A stretch of 63,927 nt of DNA from Sphyrna mokarran (Eukaryota), in contig JAGIQG010000043.1 in assembly GCA_024679065.1 (NCBI GenBank), positions 992,074-1,056,000 of the forward strand. The letters run 5' to 3'. Within the stretch, counting starts at the first letter, position 1. Each line of letters opens with the position of its first letter. This document shows positions 1-12,369 of the stretch, in pieces. Position numbers and translations under genes: made by a program. The notes under the pieces were generated by a model. It made no database searches. It saw nothing but the letters and a program-made list of their open reading frames with translations, and had not been told where the DNA came from.

Positions 1-16
1 CATCTCCATTGAATGT

Positions 17-2447
17 ACATAGAACATAGAACATAGAACATAGAACATTACAGCGCAGAACAGGCCCTTCGGCCTTCGATGTTGCGCCGACCAATATAAA
101 AAGCAATGCCCCTCCAAACTAAACCATTCCCTTCTCTTCCATATACTTATCAACTAACCTCTTAAACGCCACCAAACTTGGCGCATCTACAACTGCTGCA
201 GGCAGGGCATTCCACTCCCGAACCACCCTTTGGGTAAAGAACCTACCTCTGATATCCGTCCTATAACTATCACCCCTTAATTTAAAGCTGTGTCCCCTCG
301 TGCTAGCTTTTCCCATCCTAGGAAAAAGGCTATCACTGTCCACCCTATCTAAACCTCTAATCAGCTTATATGTTTCGATTAGGTCCCCTCTTAGCCGCCT
401 CCTTTCTAACGAAAACAACCTCAAATCCCTCAGCCTCTCCTCATAAGACCTGCCCTCCATACCAGGCAACATCCTGGTAAACCTCCTCTGTACCCTCTCC
501 AATGCCTCCACATCTTTCTTATAATGCGGGGACCAGAACTGCACACAATACTCCAAGTGCGGCCGCACTAGAGTTTTGTACAGTTGCAACATGATGTTGC
601 GGCTCCGAAATTCAATCCCTCTACCAATAAAAGCCAAGACTCCATATGCCTTTCTAACAACCTTCTCGACCTGACTGCCTACTTTCAGGGATCTATGCAC
701 ATACACACCAAGATCCCTCTGTTCATCTAGACTACTAAGAATCCTACCATTTGCCCTATACTCTACAAATTTATTATTTCTGCCATAGTGCATTACCTCA
801 CACTTTTCCACATTAAACTCCATTTGCCACCTCTCGGCCCAGCTCTGCAACTTGTCCAAGTCCCTCTGCAAACTATAACACCTCTTTCCACTATCTACCA
901 CTCCACCGACTTTAGTGTCATCTGCAAATTTACTAATCCATCCTTCAATACCCTCATCCAGATCATTTATAAAAATTACAAACAGCAGGGGCCCCAAAAC
1001 AGACCCCTGAGGTACACCACTTGTCACCGAACTCCAAGATGAATATCTCCCATCAACCACCACCCTCTGTCTTCTATCTGCTAGCCAATTCCTAACCTAA
1101 TTAGCTAAATCACCCTCTATCCCATACATCTGCATTTTCTGCAGAAGTCTTCCATGGGCCACCTTATCAAACGCCTTACTAAAGTCCATATATACCACAT
1201 CAACCGCCTTACCCCCATCCACCTCCTTAGTCACTTTTTCAAAAAACTCAATGAGGTTAATAAGGCACGACCTACCCTTCACAAAACCATGCTGACTATC
1301 TCCAATCAATTCATTACTCTCTAAATAACTATAAATCCTATCCCTAATTATTCTCTCCAACACATTGCCCACCACAGAAGTAAGACTCACTGGCCTATAA
1401 TTCCCTGGTAGGTCTCTCTTCCCCTTCTTGAACAACGGGACCACATTCACTATTGTCCAGTCCACCGGAACCACACCCGTAACCAACGACGACTTGAAGA
1501 ACAGAGCCAGAGGCTCTGCAATCTCCTCTCTTGCCTCCCAGAGAATCCTAGGGTAAATCCCGTCCGGCCCAGGGGACTTATCCAACTTCAAACCCTCGAG
1601 AATATCTAGCACACCCTCCCTATCTACTTCGATAGCTTCCAGTTTGCTACCCTGTGCCTCAGTGTTCTCCATAACTACATTTACATCACCCTGCGTGAAT
1701 ACCGAAGAGAAATATTTATTCAGTACCTCTCCAATCTCTTCAGGCTCCACGCACAACTTCCCACTGCTGTCTATGACTGGCCCTAATCTTGTCCTAACCA
1801 ATCTTCTATTCTTAACATATCTAAAGAAAGCTTTAGGATTCTCCCTAATCCTATCAGCCAAAGTCTTCTCGTGTCCTCTCTTTGCTCTCCTCAATTCACT
1901 CTTTAGCTCCCTCCTGGCTAATCTATAGCTATCCATTGCACTAACCGAGCCTTCAATCCTCATCCTGACATAAGCCTCCTTTTTCCTTTTAACCAGCAAA
2001 TCAACTTTTTTCGTACACCAAGGTTCTCTTACTCGACCATTTCCTCCTTGCCTGACAGGGACATACTTATCAAGGACTCGCAGCAGCTGCTCCTTGAATA
2101 AGCTCCACATTCCAGATGTTCCCAGTCCCTGTAGTTTCCTAGTCCAATCTATGCACCCTAATTCTCTCCTGATGGCCTCATAATTACCCTTCCCCCAGCT
2201 ATAACTACTGCCCCCAGCTTCATGCCTATCCCTATCCATCACTAAGGTGAACGTAACCGAATTGTGGTCACTATCACCAAAATGTTCACTAACGTCCAAG
2301 CCTAACACCTGGTCTGGCTCATTGCCCAGCACCGAATCCAATGTAGCCTCACCTCTAGTTGGCCTATCTACATACTGAGTCAAAAAACCTTCCTGCACAC
2401 TTTGTACGAAAACTGACCCCTCTAACGAGCTAGAGCTATAGCTATTC
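17..2447 (-). mobile_element. Young 5'-truncated CR1 LINE (ORF2: endonuclease C-terminus and RT)
   Basis: RT motifs [33 protein letters not shown]; 3' stem-loop and (TTCTATG)n tail; ORF2 interrupted by an in-frame stop near 1097. Confidence 0.95.
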
Positions 2448-2525
2448 CCGATAATCCGATTTGACATAACCTCACCTCGTACGACAGACCTGACATCCCA
2501 GGAATCAGCCTGGTTACGTAGCTAA

Positions 2526-3195
2526 GTGCAGCAGGTGCTCAAGAATGCGAATGGGACGTTGGCATTTATAGCGAAGAGGGTAGAATACAAAAGCAGGGAG
2601 GACTTGCTGCAACTGTACAGAGTACTGGTGATGCCACAACTGAAGAATTATGTGCAGTTTTATTCGCCGCATTTGAGAAAGAATATATTGGCTTTAGAGG
2701 GAATGCAGAGAAGATTTACTCAGCTAATACCGGAGAGAAGGAGGTTAGCTTATGAGGAGAGATTGAGTAGCCTGCGTGTGTACTCGTTGGAGTTTAGAAG
2801 GCTGAGGGGGAATCGTAAAGGACATATAAGATAATGAAGAGGATGATAAGGTAGGGTAAGAGAGACTCTTCCCGCTTAGAAAGGATAGCAGGACTAGAGG
2901 GCTTAGCCTCAAAATAAGGGAGAGGGGCGGTTTAGATCAGAATTGAGGAGGAACTTCTTCACTCGAAGAGTGGCGAATCTTTGGAATTGTCCCCCGTGAA
3001 TTGGTGGAGGCTACCTCGCTGAATATATTTAAGTCACAGGCAGTTAGGTTACTGATAGACAAGAAAAATAATGGGGAAAAGGGGGGAAGTGGAACTGATC
3101 CATTTCAGATTAACCATGAAGTTATTGAATGGTACAGCAGGGTCGAGGAGCCAGATGCGACTCCTGCTCCTATTTCTGATGTTCCTATGTTCTTA
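2526..3195 (+). mobile_element. Older CR1-type LINE 3' fragment
   Basis: Degenerate LQLYRVLV...ALEGMQRRFTQLIP; same family as 28730-29175 and 60030-60475. Confidence 0.8.
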
Positions 3196-3929
3196 AGTAT
3201 ATCAAAGCTGTAAAAAAAATGCTCCAGGTGTGAACACACCCAGGCACGATACAATTGCACCAAAGCAGCACGATTTCGATACTAAAATCCTATCGCTATG
3301 AAGGCCAAGATATCATTTCCATGCATTATTGTCTACTGTACCTGCGTGCTTATTTTCAGCGAGAAACGCTTCGAAGAGATTTTGCTGAAGGCAAAACAAT
3401 TGCTTCTGATTCGGAAATGCGTCGATGATTAAGATTTCACTGAAAAAAATCATCATTATTCTATTCTACATCAATCTAAAGTGTTCCTTTGTTTTAAATA
3501 ACACTAGGGGTTCGCTTTGATTGTCTGAATTTAGCCCGGTCACCACCAACCGCCTCCACCCTCCATGCCACACCTGCACTCCGCATTTCCACACTCCCAC
3601 CTCCCCCCCTACGCCCCCACTGGCTCACCACCACCAACGTATACCACCTTACTGGACTACAGGAGCTGTGTTTTTGATGTATTTGATCAGACATTTTTCA
3701 ATTGATTGCATTCCCGTCACCTCGAATATATCCTGGGATATCTACTAACGGATCGATTTCAGGTCCCGCGAGCAAGGCAGGAATTTTAACATACTCACCT
3801 CCGTGGAAATTTGGATCAATGACACTCTCTATACTTCCACAGTTCAACTAAGCTCCCATGAAAGTCATATGAATGGAGTGCCTCATTAGAAAGCAACACA
3901 ATAGTTTGGAAGCAGTAGACAACTCAGCC

Positions 3930-4620
3930 CGTCGAGAACGATCCGCCATTCCATATAACCATGGGTGCGTTTCTTCTGATCTCAACTCCACTGACCTGCC
4001 TACTACCCATAGTTCTTTATCCGGTTTTTCGTCAGCCATACATCAATTTCTTTCTTGATCATGTTGAATGATTCTGCCTTCAACGTGCTCTGGAGCACAG
4101 ATTCACAACGCTCTGAGAGAAGTAATTCCTTCTCATCTTAGTTTTGAACCTATCTCCTCTCTCGCTATATCGTTTGTTCTTGACTGACCAATTCGGTGGT
4201 AATCTGTTCAATGTTCAGTATAACAATTCCTTCAGCATTTTGTATACCACCATTTTATCACCACCGCCCCTCCCCGTTATTCTCCTGAATCCATAAGTCC
4301 AAGCGATGCCACTGTCCTACGCATGATATGATGTAGAGATGCCGGCGTTGGACTGGGGTAAACTCAGTAAAGTTTTACAACACCAATATTAAATCCAACC
4401 AATTTACTATCAAATAAATTGGTGGGATTTAAAATTGGTGTTGCAAAACTTTACTACGTATAATAATCAGATCATCCCTGGAATCAATCTGGTGGACTTC
4501 CTGTGAACTTCCTCCACTGCCACCACATTCTTCCTCAAGCTAGGAGAATAAAATTGGACACAATGCTTCGTGTTCGGTCTGACCAACGCCTTATCCAACT
4601 CTAAAAACACTTCTATGCGC
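3930..4620 (-). mobile_element. Highly decayed CR1-type fragment interrupted by a hairpin element
   Basis: Remnant RT C-terminal sequence on both sides of 4327-4457. Confidence 0.5.
4330..4455. repeat. Hairpin/inverted-repeat element, probably derived from a Penelope-like terminus
   Basis: 41-nt arms 4366-4406 and 4415-4455 (3 mismatches) with an 8-nt loop; related to 10290-10682. Confidence 0.6.
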
Positions 4621-5036
4621 AACAAAATTCAAGACTAACTGGCCATTACAGATGGCGAGTTATTGCCATTGACTGTTTCCCAATTTATGGAATAGTGAGG
4701 TGTGATATTTGTTAGCGTGGACCAATTTATCAAATTACAAGGAATCCATTTCCGATGTGTGTTCCTGTGGAAGCATTTAATCAGTAGCCTATTGCAGATG
4801 TCGCAATCTTACTTAATTTAAGTCTCTGTAGTTTTTATTCTACTTGTTATCTCTATCTCAGAGACACTGTGGATGCTCAGTCAATCAGATGGATTGATAA
4901 GCACAAATAAAACAGACGTATAAGATTTCAATGGAAACTGATGTCGACTCGAAGATTGGCGATTAGATTTGTTCATGATCTATCAATGGTCTAGTTTGTC
5001 CACGAGGGAGGTCGTTTTTTCAACGCACTATTATTT

Positions 5037-5040
<4 letters not shown>

Positions 5041-5072
<32 letters not shown>

Positions 5073-5508
5073 CATAGAACACTACAGCACAAACAGGCCC
5101 TTCGGCCCACAAGTTGTGCCGAACACATCAAAACCTACCCAGCCATATACCTATCTATAACCCCCAATCCCATTGGATCCCATATACTCATCCAGAAGTC
5201 TTTTAAAAGACCCCAGCGAGTTCGCCTCGACCACCACCGACGGCAGCCGATTCCATTCACTCACCACTCTCTGAGTGAAAAACATTCCCCTAGCATCCCC
5301 TCTGTACTTGCGTCCCTGCACCTTAAATCTGTTTCCTCTCGTCGCGACCATTTCAGCCCTGGGAAATAGTCTCTGATAGTCCAACCTATCTATTCCTCTC
5401 AACATCTTGTAAACCTCTATCAGGTCGCCTCTCAACCTTCGTCTCTCCAGGGAGAACAGTCCCAGCTCCCTCAACCTGTCTTCATATATATATATATATA
5501 TATATATC
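5041..5508 (-). mobile_element. CR1 3' fragment flanked on both sides by (TA)n
   Basis: YEDRLRELGLFSLERRRLRGD...; TA arrays at 5041-5068 and 5484-5508. Confidence 0.88.
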
Positions 5509-5681
5509 TTCGATATATCTGATATCGATTCACCAATGTTCGAGTCTACATCAGAAAGAGATAACAAGTAGAACATCATTATCATATAATGTATATTTCT
5601 GTATTTATACTTATATATAGAAGTGAAGGTGATGCAACGATTGCTGACGATGGACTTTAGTAAGGCTTTAAGAGGTTAGTT

Positions 5682-6773
5682 ACATAGAACATAGAACAAT
5701 ACAGCACAGAACAGGCCCTTCGGCCTTCGATGTTGTGCCGACCAAAATAAAAAGCAATGCCCCTCCAAACTAAACCATTCCCTTCTTCCATATACTTTAT
5801 CAATTAACCTCTTAAACGCCACCAAACTTGGCGCATCTACAACAGCTGCAGGCAGGGCATTCCACTCCCTAATCACTCTTTGATGTAAAGAACCTACCTC
5901 TGATATCCGTCCTATAACTCATACCCCTTAATTTAAAGTTGTGTCCCCTCGTGCTAGCTTTTCCATCCTAGGAAAAATGCTATCACTGTCCACCCTATCC
6001 AAACCTCTAATAATCTTATATGTTTCAATAAGATCCCCCTTAGCCGCCTCCTTTCTAACGAAAACAACCTCAAATCCTTCAACCTCTTCATAGGACCTGC
6101 CCTCCATACCAGGCATCATCCTAGTAAACCTCCTCTGTACCCTCTCCAATGCCTCCACATCTTTCTTATAATGTGGCGACCAGAACTGCACACAATACTC
6201 CAAGTGCGGCCGCACTAGAGTTTTGTACAGTTGCAACATGATGCTGCGGCTCCTAAATTCAATCCCCCTACCAATAAAAGCTAAGACTCCATATGCCTTC
6301 TTAACAACTTATCCACTTGACTGCCTACTTTCAGGGATCTATTGACACATACACCAAGATCCTTCTGTTCCTCAACACTATTAAGAGCCCTACCATTAGC
6401 CCTATACTCTACACATTTATTGTTCCTGCCAAAGTGCATTACCTCACACTTTTCCACATTGAACTCCATTTGCCACCTCTCGGCCCAGCTCTGCAACTTG
6501 TCCAAGTCACTCTGTAAACTAAAACACCCCTCTTCACTATCTACCACACCAACCACTATTTAGTATCATCTGCAAATTTACTGATCCATCCCTCAATACC
6601 CTCATCCAGATCATTTATAAAATTACAAACAGCAGGGGCCCCAAAACAGACCCCTGAGGCACACCACTCGTCACCGAACTCCACGATGAAAATCTCCCAT
6701 CAACCACCACCCTCTGTCTTCTATCTGCCAGCCAATTTCTAATCCAATTTGCTAAATCACTGATATATACTTA
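5682..6773 (-). mobile_element. Young CR1 fragment nested in a plus-strand CR1 3' end (5650-5681 and 6774-6898)
   Basis: RT C-terminal ORFs; TAGTT duplicated at 5677-5681 and 6774-6778; the host sequence resumes across the insert. Confidence 0.88.
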
Positions 6774-6899
6774 TAGTTGATAAGTATATGGATGAGAAGG
6801 GAATGGTTTAGTCAGGAGGGGCATTGCTTTTTATTTTGGTCGGCACAACATCGAAGGCCGAAGGGCCTGTTCTGTGCTGTATTGTTCTATGTTCTATGG

Positions 6900-8485
6900 A
6901 GTTTCATTCGTGTTCCATCAGAATCGAATGGTCGAATCTTGAACAGCTATCAGCTCACACATCATCCAGGAGGCAGAGCGGCTGATGGACAGGAGTTATC
7001 GGGAAGTGGTAACGCCTGAAAATGAAGCTAAGTGGCTGACAGTCAGGAGAGGGAAGGGGGGGCGGGGTGGGGAAGCTAGCAGTGCAGGGATCCCCTGCGG
7101 CTGTTCCCCTCCAAAAAAGTATACCGTTTTGGATACTGTTGGGAAGGATTACCTTCTCGGGGTAGGCCATGGTGACCAGGTCATTGGTGCCGAGTCGTGT
7201 TTTGTGGGTCAAAAGGAAAAAGGGGAGAATCGGAGAGCCATAGTAGTGGGGGATTCAATCGTTAGAGGTAGAGACAGGCGATTCTGTGGACGTGAACGTG
7301 ACCCCAGGGTCGCAGTCTGCCTCCCTGGTGTGAGTGTCCTGCATGTCTCTGGGCGGGTAGAGAGCATCCTAAAACGGTGGTCAGACAAACTTCATTGTCC
7401 GCATTGCTACAAATGACATAGAGAGAAAGAGCAGGGAGGTCATGCAAGAGCAATTTAGGGTGTTAGGTAGAAGGCTAAAAATGAACAAGAGCTTCAGGGT
7501 AGCGACCTCCGGATTGTTCCCCGTGCCACGTGCTAGTGAGGCTAAGAACAGAGAGATAATGTCGCCGAACACGTGGAAAAACAACTGGTGCAGGAGGGAG
7601 AGTTTCAGATTCATGGATAAGTGGAATGTCTTCCAGAGAAGATGGGACCTGCACAAAGAAGATGAGTTACACCTGAACTGGAGGGGCATCAATATCCTGG
7701 CTGGGAATTTTACGAGTGTGGTTTGGGAGATGATGTGGCAATGGGGGGGGGGGAAATCAGAACACGTCAGGAAGTGCTGAGACTGGGACGAACATGGGGC
7801 CAAAACAACGCTACCTAAGAAGATGAGCAATCTCGGAGAGTATGAACTCAGTGAGCCTGGAGGTCTGTAGTGCATCTGCTTAAATTAAGGTGCGAATAGC
7901 CAAGTTCGATAAACTTAGAGCTTTAATACAGGCAGTAAATTTCGATGTGGATGCAGTAAAAGGGACTTGAAAAAAAGACAATACTGATAGCTGAATATTC
8001 CAGGGTATAAGAGCTTCAGCAAGACAGAGGAGGGGCTAAAAGAGGTGGGGGAACAGCAATACTGGTTAAGGAGCATATTGCAGCGGTAAGTGGGTGGACA
8101 ATTTCGAAGGATCACGTAACGAAACACTTTGGGTAGAGCTCAGAAACAGGAAGGGCACAGTCACTTTGCTGGGGTTATACTACAGGCCTCCCAACAGCCC
8201 ATGGAAAGTTGTGGAACTGATACGTAACAAAACTCTGGGTAGCTTTAGAAAAATAAGGGTTATCGTGGGAGACTTTAATTTCCTTTGTATAGACTGGAAA
8301 TCCCTTAGAGCTGGGGGTCCAGACAGGAAAGAATTTGTAAAATGTGCTCAGGAAGGTTCTTTGGAATAATACGTTCAAAGTCCCACGAGACACAGAGCTA
8401 TACTGGACCGAGTATTGGGGAATGAGCCAGGTCAGGTCATCAAAATTTCAGTGTGGGACTTATGGCGAATAATGATAACAATTCT
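6900..8485 (+). mobile_element. Decayed CR1 5' half (ORF1 esterase-like domain and ORF2 endonuclease)
   Basis: IVVGDSIVRG, CLPG, LHLNWRG; LYYRPPNS, IVGDFN; many disruptions. Confidence 0.85.
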
Positions 8486-8539
8486 GAAAACTAAATCCTA
8501 TGCTCTTGCATTTAAATTTGGCGCAGTTGAGCATAAGGT

Positions 8540-9290
8540 GCTTCACTCTGGTTATGATTCAGATAATCAACACGAAAGCTTTAAACATTTTTTTTTATGA
8601 ATACAGGTCAATTTACATCAAAAGAATTAGCATTATCTTTCGCAATTACACGATTCGAACATGACGTAGAATAGACTATACCAGCTAGCTGTCTGTGAAG
8701 TTCCAATCCAAACAACACACCCCAGAAATACACGCCTTCCTCGGTTTAGCACAAAAGGTAAGATGTTCACGCGGTGTTGAGTTTTCAGCTTTTTTAACAC
8801 GTGTCGTGAATCGATGATTTGAATTTGGATGAAATCACTAAGGCTTCCGAGTCCCAGAAATTTCCAAAAAGTCTCTGGAGAGAGAAATGGACTGGGATAT
8901 GCCAGCCTCCATCAGCTTTTAATAGTAACTCACTGACGGCATAATTTCCAACTCCAGAGCAAGGCCACATGCACATGAACTGCTCCCCACCTTTGGCTCC
9001 TGCTAAACAACAAAAGTGAACACTTGGACTTTTCGGTGAAAGAAAACAAGTTCCCGGGCGTCAGCTGACTTGGCGATCACGCTCCACCTGATCGTTCCAC
9101 CACGGATCATATCGCCCGAGGATTCTGCATTAGTCCAGATTAAAAAGGAACAACGTGGCAATTCTGTTGCTTGAGTTGCAATTAGAGTACGCCAGTGTCT
9201 GTGACTAAAGCAGGGCCAACACAAAGCCAAGAGCTGCTTGAAAACCCTACTAAGTAACATGATTGAAAACACATTTTTTAAAGGCACATT
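8540..9290. repeat. Unclassified interspersed repeat (possibly LTR-like), related to ~32900-33660 and ~63050-63850
   Basis: Shared blocks such as cacgcggt...ttcagc and aacatgatt.aaa.a.att...aggcac; class not determinable by eye. Confidence 0.35.
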
Positions 9291-9924
9291 ATTGCCACAA
9301 CTACTTACAGGTTACATTGGCTGGGTGTGGAAACATTTTACTCTTGAATGTAATTGTTCAGAAACGCAATTGGCTCCTAAAATGTACATGGCTATCACAT
9401 TTTTTTTAACTGTCATAATGTAATACACTTTCAAACCACATTTTAATTTCATAAAAAATAAACACTAAACTAGAAATCATTGGCCTGATCATTTCTGGAT
9501 AAATAAATTCCAATATAATCTCTAACCGTCATCTTCCTAACCAGTACAATCATTCTCAAATTAAAAACACTGTTTTCGGCGAAAAATCATATCTAACAGA
9601 TATCTCAAATTGGCTCTACAGAAATCTGTTAAAATGGATAATTAATCCTCCTGGAGGGTGCAGGATGAGTTAACTTAACTCTCCTAAACAGAATTAATTC
9701 ATTCGGAAATTTACTTCAACCATTGGCAGAATATGATATGACATGATCCGATTTTTTATTGACATGTTAGCGGGATACATTGAAAAGTGTTGTTCCTGAG
9801 CATTGCACAGACAACATACCGATCATAAAGTGCATAGATTTGATTTATCATGTCACATGTGTTGGGGCACAGTGAAAAGTATTGCTTCCTACATATCATC
9901 CAGGCAAAACGTGCCGTTCATAGT

Positions 9925-10150
9925 GAATTAGCACTGCTGTGTCACAGCGCCAGGGCCTGAAGTTCAATTCCAGCCTTGGGTGACTGTCTATGCAGAGTCT
10001 GCGTCCTCTCCTTTTCTCTACATGGATTTCCTCTGGGTGCGTCACTTTCCTCTCACAGTGTGAACAGCATACTGGTTAGGGGTTTTCACCATGCTAAAGT
10101 TTCCTTCTGTGTACCTAAACAGGCGCCAGCGTGTGGAGGATGATTAGGAA
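9925..10150 (+). mobile_element. HE1-type tRNA-derived SINE
   Basis: ttagcactgctg..tcacagcgccaggg head, box-B-like gttcaattcc and conserved core. Confidence 0.8.
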
Positions 10151-10289
10151 TGAAAATATCGAGACAAGAGCGAGTTACTTGTGCGTTATTGAATAGTATA
10201 ACAGATAGGTTTACGTAAACAACGCAACGACATTTCTGTGAAAAATCTTCGACTGCACACTCTGGTGCCTGTTCTGGGACAATAGTCAT

Positions 10290-10682
10290 TATGTAGCGAT
10301 GCTGGCGTTGGACTGGGGTAAACGCAGTAAGAAGTCTCAAAGCACCAGGTAAGAGTCCAACCACTTTATTTGACAAATGGAGATGTAACCTCCTGACTTG
10401 ACCGGGCTTGCAAAATCTCATTTAGTGTGCTTCCTGAACACAATCCACATGTTTTTAACCTCTGCTAACTTCATCTCCTCTCACACTGTCTGCATTTTCA
10501 AGACTTGAATACCAGATTAGCTGTAAAGATTTGCATTCTAATCAGTACGTTTGATTTACATACCCTTCTCTGATCAGAACTTACCACATGCCTGGCGAAC
10601 CAACACCATTTCCAAAATCTTGTGAGATTACTGTCAAATAAATTGGTTGGACTCTACCCTGTTGTTGTGAGACGTCTCACTG
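10290..10682. mobile_element. Non-autonomous element with ~50-nt inverted termini, probably Penelope-like
   Basis: 10325-10375 is an imperfect reverse complement of 10632-10682. Confidence 0.55.
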
Positions 10683-12073
10683 GACAACTTGCTGGAGTGA
10701 TCAGGAAATTTGCAGACGATGCAAAGGTGGCTGGACTTGCGGATAGTGAGGAGCATTGTCGGGCGTTGCAGCAGGACATAAATAGGCTGGTAGCTTGGGC
10801 AGATAGATGGCAGATGGAATTCAATCCTGGTAAACCCAATTTGATGCATTTTGGGAGCAAGGATGCAGCGGGGAGGTATATGGTAAAGGATAGGCCTATT
10901 AAGAGTATAGAAACGCAGCGGGACCTAGGGGTGCAAGTGCACAAGTTTCTGAAGGTGACAGAGCAAGTGGAGAAAGTTGTGAAGAAAACATAAGGTCTGC
11001 TAGCCTTTATAGGAAGGGGTATAGAGTACAAGAGCTGTCATTTAATGTTGCAGTTATATAAAACGTTGCTTAGACCTCATTTGGAATACTGCGTCCAGTT
11101 CTGGTTGACTTACTACTGGGACGTGGAGACTCTGGAGAAAGTGCAGAGGAGGTTTACCAGGATGCTGCCTGTTATGGAAGACCTGAGTTACGAGGAGAGG
11201 TTAGGCAAATTGACACTGTTTTCCTTAGAAAGACGTAGACTTAGAGGAGATCTAATAGAGGTGTACACGATTAGGAGTGGTGTGGATAGAGTAAACAGGG
11301 TTAAGCTTTTTCCTGGGATGGACTCGAATAGCACGAGGGATCACGGGCTTAGGGTGAGGGAGGTAAGGTATAATTTGGATGCTAGAGTGAGTTTTTTCAC
11401 ACAGAGGGTGGTGGGGGTGTGGAATGCGCTGCCAAGTAAAGAGTTGGAGGCAGGCACTCCCGAGGTATTTCTTAAATACTTAGATGGGCACATGAACAGA
11501 ATGGGAATGGAGGGGTAAAGAAAACATATGTAAAATAGGGATCATGTTCCTTGGGAGTTCCTGGCAAATGTGTAAATAGATGATTATATTGTTGAACTTG
11601 TTTTTATTCTACAGATGTTTGGTCCACCTTGTTGTCTAACAAGGGGCATACACGCGATGGGTCGTGAGAGGGGTGCTCTTGGATTTTTTCGACCGTGTCT
11701 TAGTGCTTCACGTTGTTAGTGTACGATTGACCTGGACCATTTGATGGACAACACGACCGCTCAGTGAGTATCGCTTTGTTGTGCAGATACCTGGATTTGG
11801 GCCTGTGTCTGTGGGAGTTTGCGCATTCTCCCCGTGCTTGCGTGGGTTTTCTCCGGGTGCTCCAGTTCGCTCCCACATGTCAAAGATGTGCTCTTATGCT
11901 AATTGGGAAAAGAAATTCTCCCTAAATTGTCTCACATTTGTTTTTTAATCCATAGATCTATAAACATGGACAGGGATCACGGTAGACGTGGGAACATGGG
12001 GTGGCGGCACGGGCTTGTTGGGCCGAAGGGCCTGTTTCCGTGCTCTTTTGTTATTTGTTCTTTGTTCTTTGTT
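10683..12073 (+). mobile_element. CR1 family with a long SINE-containing 3' UTR (5'-truncated)
   Basis: RT C-terminal ORFs 10683-11518, then a ~550-nt UTR ending in (TTTGTTC)n. Confidence 0.88.
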
Positions 12074-12074
12074 A

Positions 12075-12255
12075 ATGGGGCAGGGCAACTATCTAGCATG
12101 TCTATCGGACTGGAGAATGAAACTAGCCCCACCGGAGGAATCCCACACAGACACGAAGAAACAGTGCAAACTCCACACACACAGTGACCTGAGGATGGAA
12201 ACAATCCCAGGTCCCTGAAATTGTGAGGCATAAGTGATAAGCGCCACAAGACACT
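12075..12255 (-). mobile_element. HE1-like SINE (paralog at ~47360-47535)
   Basis: Reverse-strand core ggtcactgtgtgtgtggagtttgcac. Confidence 0.7.
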
Positions 12256-12369
12256 CAGCCTGGGGCCGTGGCTGGGAGGGCAAATGCATATTGTCGTGCT
12301 TTCAAATAACCTGAGCTCCTTCTATTTCTTTCAAACAAATAGCAATCATCCTGATTTGTCACCGTGCGG

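Noticed and set aside
17-50. (CATAGAA)n arrays as CRISPR-like or satellite repeats
   Set aside because: They are CR1 3' tails with no spacers, in a eukaryotic context
3790-3900. Minus-strand consensus donor (GAG|GTGAGT near 3798) as the leader exon of a partner gene
   Set aside because: No ATG-initiated hydrophobic frame upstream; stops intervene
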